Assembly (NCBI GenBank): GCA_964565725.1
Contig: CAZMGA010000009.1
Span: forward strand, 1 to 27,899
Direction of reading: 5' to 3'
From: an uncultured archaeon
GTDB lineage: Archaea; Iainarchaeota; Iainarchaeia; Iainarchaeales; 0-14-0-20-30-16
Length of the DNA: 27,899 bases
The first letter of the stretch is position 1, and each line of letters begins with the position of its first letter. Below the pieces are notes generated by a model, which searched no databases, had not been told where the DNA came from, and was given only the letters and a program-made list of their open reading frames with translations. Shown piece after piece: positions 24,228-27,899 of this stretch. Position numbers and translations under genes: made by a program.

Positions 24228-26117
24228 ATGAATAAAGATGAAATAATTCAACAAATTAAAGAGGTTTTAAAAAACGTCCAAGTAAGTAAAATTGAATTTT
24301 TGGGGCCAGAGATTTATATTTATACTAAAAACATATCTGATTTTTATGAAAATGAAAAATACATTTCTAATTTAGCTTTCATATTAAAAAAGAAAGTAAA
24401 TATTAGAAGCGAAGTTTCTGAATTAATGGACTTAAATGAAGCAAAAGAAAAAATTGTAAATATAATTCCTAAAGAAGCGGGGGTTGCAGCTATTTATTTT
24501 GATACTGCTTTTTCAGAAGTTGTTATTGAAGCATTAAAACCAGGATTAGTAATTGGTAAAAGTGGACAAACAACTAAACAAATAATTTTAGAAACTAAAT
24601 GGACTCCTTCAATTTTAAGAAAATCTACAATAGAAGGCAAATATTTAAAACAGATAAGGGGTTTAATTTACAAATATAGTTCAGAAAGAAAAAAAAATTT
24701 AATTTATGCTGCTGACAAAATATTTACTGGAAAAAAATCTAAAAAAGATTGGGTTAGATTTTGTTGTTTAGGTGCTTTTAGAGAAGTAGGTAGAAGTTGT
24801 ATATTATTAGAAACTGCAAATTCTAAAATATTATTAGATTGTGGTGTGAGCACAACTTATGGCGATGATATGTATCCTGAATTAAGTAGTATGGGACACG
24901 CCATAAATGATATTGATGCCGTAGTATTAACTCATGCACATACAGATCATGCTGCTTTTGTTCCTTATCTATATAAAATAGGTTATAAAGGGCCAGTTTA
25001 TTGTACTGCTCCAACAAGAGATATAATGTATGTTTTACAAATGGATTACATAAATGTTTCAGGCAAAGATGGTCAAGAAGCACCATATACTGAAGCAGAC
25101 ATAAATGAAATGTTAAAACACATAATTGTTAGGGATTATGACGAAGTAACAGATATTACTCCAGATATAAGATTAACATTCCATAATGCAGCACATATTT
25201 TGGGTTCTGCAAGTGTTCATTTACATATTGGGGATGGTGCACATAATTTAATGTATTCTGGAGATTTAAAATTTGGATTTACAAGATTATTTAATAATTT
25301 AGAAGAAAAATATCCTAGATTAGAAACTTTAATTTTAGAAAGTACCTATGGTGGAAATAATGATATTATGCCTCAAAGAAATATAGCTGAAGATCGTTTA
25401 ATTTCTGTTATTAACGATACTATAAAAAATAATGGTAATGTTTTAATTCCTGTTTTTGGAGTTGGTAGAAGTCAAGAAGTAATGTTAGTTTTAGAAGAAT
25501 ATTTTAGACGAAATAAGTTATTGGCAAAAAATGTATATTTGGCAGGAATAATAAAAGAAGTGTGTGCAATTCATACAGCATATCCTGATTATTTTAAAGA
25601 AAATCTTAAAAGAAGAGTTTTACAAAATAACTCTCCATTTAGTTCTCCAATATTTAAGGAAATTGAAAACAAACAAAACTTAGAGGATGTTTCTAATGAA
25701 ACTTGTAATGTTTTTTTAGCAACTTCTGGTATGTTAGTTGGTGGTATGTCTGTTGATTTATTACATAAATTTGCAAGTAATGAAAAGAATACATTAATAT
25801 TTGTAGGTTGGCAATCAGAAGGTTCTATAGGTAGAAGATTACAAGAAGGATTAAAAGAAATAACTATATTAGATGAAAAAGGAAAATTAAAAAAGATACC
25901 TGTAAACATGAACGTTGTAACAATTGAAGGTTTTTCAGGACATAGTGATAAAAATCAATTAATGGCATATATTAAAAATTTAAATCCAATTCCTAAAAGA
26001 ATTTATTTAGATCACGGAGAAGAAGATAAATCAATTTCTTTTGCTAAATATGTGTCTTCAAAATTGAATATTCCTTGTTATGCTCCTAAAAATTTAGAAT
26101 GTATTAGAATTAGATAA
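24228..26117 (+). CDS. fttA: aCPSF1/FttA: KH-domain beta-CASP metallo-beta-lactamase ribonuclease (archaeal transcription termination factor)
   Basis: 629 aa. N-terminal KH modules (VIGKSGQTTKQI), MBL motif THAHTDHAAF, beta-CASP region, and C-terminal GFSGHSD...HGE. Confidence 0.92.
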   Translation: MNKDEIIQQIKEVLKNVQVSKIEFLGPEIYIYTKNISDFYENEKYISNLAFILKKKVNIRSEVSELMDLNEAKEKIVNIIPKEAGVAAIYFDTAFSEVVIEALKPGLVIGKSGQTTKQIILETKWTPSILRKSTIEGKYLKQIRGLIYKYSSERKKNLIYAADKIFTGKKSKKDWVRFCCLGAFREVGRSCILLETANSKILLDCGVSTTYGDDMYPELSSMGHAINDIDAVVLTHAHTDHAAFVPYLYKIGYKGPVYCTAPTRDIMYVLQMDYINVSGKDGQEAPYTEADINEMLKHIIVRDYDEVTDITPDIRLTFHNAAHILGSASVHLHIGDGAHNLMYSGDLKFGFTRLFNNLEEKYPRLETLILESTYGGNNDIMPQRNIAEDRLISVINDTIKNNGNVLIPVFGVGRSQEVMLVLEEYFRRNKLLAKNVYLAGIIKEVCAIHTAYPDYFKENLKRRVLQNNSPFSSPIFKEIENKQNLEDVSNETCNVFLATSGMLVGGMSVDLLHKFASNEKNTLIFVGWQSEGSIGRRLQEGLKEITILDEKGKLKKIPVNMNVVTIEGFSGHSDKNQLMAYIKNLNPIPKRIYLDHGEEDKSISFAKYVSSKLNIPCYAPKNLECIRIR

Positions 26118-26131
26118 TTCTAATTCTTTTT

Positions 26132-26737
26132 TTATTTTAATTTTAAAAATTCTTTTTCAAAATTTTTCAAAACTTTATAATTATTTTTTAATTTATAATT
26201 TGCTTTTTTTATTAATGTGGATAATTGTTTTTTATCAAATAATATTTTATCATTTATTTTTACAATTACATTTAAATTTTTTGAACCAATTATTTCTATA
26301 ATATAACGACCAGATTCTATGAAAAAAATTCCTCCTCTTTTAATTCCTAGTTCTGTTTTTAGCTTTAAAATTTTATTTGCCTCATATTCATTTTTTGCAA
26401 CAAAATGAAAAATAAACGGTTCTTGTTTTAACCATATTTCTTCGTGTCCTAAATCTTTATTTAATACGTCTAATACTTCTTTTACTTTGACTGTTCTATG
26501 CCATTTACCCATAAATAAATTAGGTTGTTTTTGCTCATCTTTATTACAACCTAAAAGCATAATTCTACCACAACATGATGAACTAGTAAAAAAGTTCTTT
26601 TTTTTATTAAATTTTTTTAAAAAAGGAATTAATGTTATATCTACTTTATTATCTTTAATAGCACTATCTAATTTTTTCATAGTATTTTCTTTAGTCATTT
26701 TAAATCGAATATCTTCTAAATTATTCATAAAATCCAC
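26132..26737 (-). CDS. taw3: tRNA wyosine-derivative methyltransferase Taw3 (TYW3 family)
   Basis: 201 aa. The TYW3 signature is TSSSCCGRIMLL (family consensus SSCSGRI). The size is typical of archaeal Taw3. Confidence 0.75.
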   Translation of the reverse strand: MDFMNNLEDIRFKMTKENTMKKLDSAIKDNKVDITLIPFLKKFNKKKNFFTSSSCCGRIMLLGCNKDEQKQPNLFMGKWHRTVKVKEVLDVLNKDLGHEEIWLKQEPFIFHFVAKNEYEANKILKLKTELGIKRGGIFFIESGRYIIEIIGSKNLNVIVKINDKILFDKKQLSTLIKKANYKLKNNYKVLKNFEKEFLKLK

Positions 26738-26772
26738 TTAAATATTAGGAATGCATCATTATTAAAATATTG

Positions 26773-27899
26773 CTATATAAAATAAATCAAAACTGGAAAA
26801 ATAATACTACTTAACATTAATATTCGTGGGTTGTTTGTGTTAATACACAAAAAACCTATTATTGCAGACACCCAAAAAATTATTAATCCTAAAAATCCAG
26901 AAAAAATAAAAATTAATACATGAAATAAAATTATTAAAAAAGAATAGACATATTTTAAGTTTAAATTAGTTAAATATTTTATACTTAATTTTGCAAATGT
27001 TTTTGTTATAAAATAACTTAAAATTATACCTAAAATTATAAAAAATATTATAAAAAATAAATTATAGTTTGTAGAGTAAGATAAATAATTTTTAAAAAAT
27101 ACCGCTGATGCTGTTCTAGATTTATTTGTATAATATACTACAATAAAAGATAGTATCATAACTAATGTTGTAATCCCTCCATTTAACATAATATATTCTT
27201 CATCATCTAATTTCAAAGTTTTAGCCCCAAAATAAGTTGCTAAACCATTGCCTATGCCTGGAAACAAAGATGCAATAATTGAAAGTATAGATGCTAATAT
27301 TCCAATTCTAAATTTTGTTTTTAAATTAATTTTATATGTGATTATTTTTTGATTTATTTTTTCATATTTTTCATTAAAATAATATAAAATATTTGACATA
27401 CCAAATAATCCTGTAATTAATGGAAATATACTATTATTTATCGATTTATTAAATGCAATATAACCTATAATTGCTGAAAAAATTATTATAAAATATCCAA
27501 AATAATTTTTTTTAGATAAAATTAAAAAAAACAAAGTTAAAATTAAAATTATAGGGGTAATATATGTAATTAATTTAGGAATATAATTTAATATAAAAAT
27601 AAATAATAAAAATAAGGGCAAACCAAAAAATATACTATATATTGCTCCATTCAAATATAAAATTATTGCATAATATCCTTTTCCTTTAAAATATAATTTT
27701 TGAGTTGCCATAGATGATACAAAATTTTCATTATTAGGCACAAAAAATATTGTTGTAGGAATAATACTTAAAAAAGAAAAAATTATAGACATCAGAATTA
27801 TTAAAATTGCATTAAAGTTAGAATCAAAATTAAAAGATGTTAATAAATAAAGGAAATTATTTATGTGTAAACCAGGAATTAAACCAGAAATGATTCCTA
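26773..27899 (-). CDS. Polytopic membrane protein, TctA/DUF112-like; 5' end lies beyond the window
   Basis: The frame stays open upstream of the track's ATG (27792) to the window edge: GIISGLIPGLHINNFLYLL.... Two PG(L/I)-type loops (GLIPGLH and LFPGIGNGLATYFGA) sit among many TM helices, as in TctA/DUF112 proteins. Confidence 0.5.
   Translation of the reverse strand, partial: GIISGLIPGLHINNFLYLLTSFNFDSNFNAILIILMSIIFSFLSIIPTTIFFVPNNENFVSSMATQKLYFKGKGYYAIILYLNGAIYSIFFGLPLFLLFIFILNYIPKLITYITPIILILTLFFLILSKKNYFGYFIIIFSAIIGYIAFNKSINNSIFPLITGLFGMSNILYYFNEKYEKINQKIITYKINLKTKFRIGILASILSIIASLFPGIGNGLATYFGAKTLKLDDEEYIMLNGGITTLVMILSFIVVYYTNKSRTASAVFFKNYLSYSTNYNLFFIIFFIILGIILSYFITKTFAKLSIKYLTNLNLKYVYSFLIILFHVLIFIFSGFLGLIIFWVSAIIGFLCINTNNPRILMLSSIIFPVLIYFI

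Noticed and set aside
24823-25086. 87-aa minus-strand ORF
   Set aside because: It is antisense inside aCPSF1, across the HxHxDH region.
25589-25909. 106-aa minus-strand ORF
   Set aside because: It is antisense inside aCPSF1. It is the longest of the antisense frames but has no motif, and the sense-strand gene is strongly supported.
26487-26741. 84-aa plus-strand ORF
   Set aside because: It is antisense inside taw3.
1-27899. CRISPR arrays, cas genes, restriction-modification, toxin-antitoxin or other defence modules
   Set aside because: No direct-repeat/spacer periodicity was seen on either strand. Every sizeable ORF is accounted for by a housekeeping or membrane-protein family.

Overview
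Very AT-rich window (roughly 25-30% GC by eye, not computed), almost fully coding, with 1-nt or 0-nt gene junctions. The gene content is clearly archaeal: both PolD subunits, an ATP-dependent DNA ligase, proteasome beta, aCPSF1/FttA, Bud32, Taw3, and a tRNA intron with a bulge-helix-bulge motif. The compaction and composition fit a small-genome, DPANN-like lineage, but that placement is inference. Most of the window is core housekeeping: replication and repair (DP1-DP2-EndoIII-like operon, ligase, RNase HII), translation (LeuRS, four tRNAs), proteostasis (HtpX-LemA, FKBP, proteasome) and RNA processing. I see no CRISPR array, transposase, integrase, toxin-antitoxin pair or defence-island-like cluster, and no compelling wholly novel multi-gene system. 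Points worth a second look: (1) tRNA-Trp(CCA) carries a 111-nt intron with a textbook BHB and box C/D-like elements placing C34 at the methylation position. (2) A CTTTCTTTT/AAAAGAAAG palindrome occurs three times, each next to a tRNA-Leu or tRNA-Gly gene end. (3) An untracked 135-codon open frame with a resolvase-type HTH has no canonical start and lies in the -1 frame of the ligase, reachable through an A_AAG_GGG heptamer. (4) A type IV pilus-like operon has an oversized ATPase, an oversized platform protein, one Cys-rich pilin candidate and a divergent NUDIX gene. (5) The LeuRS has bacterial-type architecture in an otherwise archaeal context. All calls come from reading the sequence and recalling family motifs; no searches were run.
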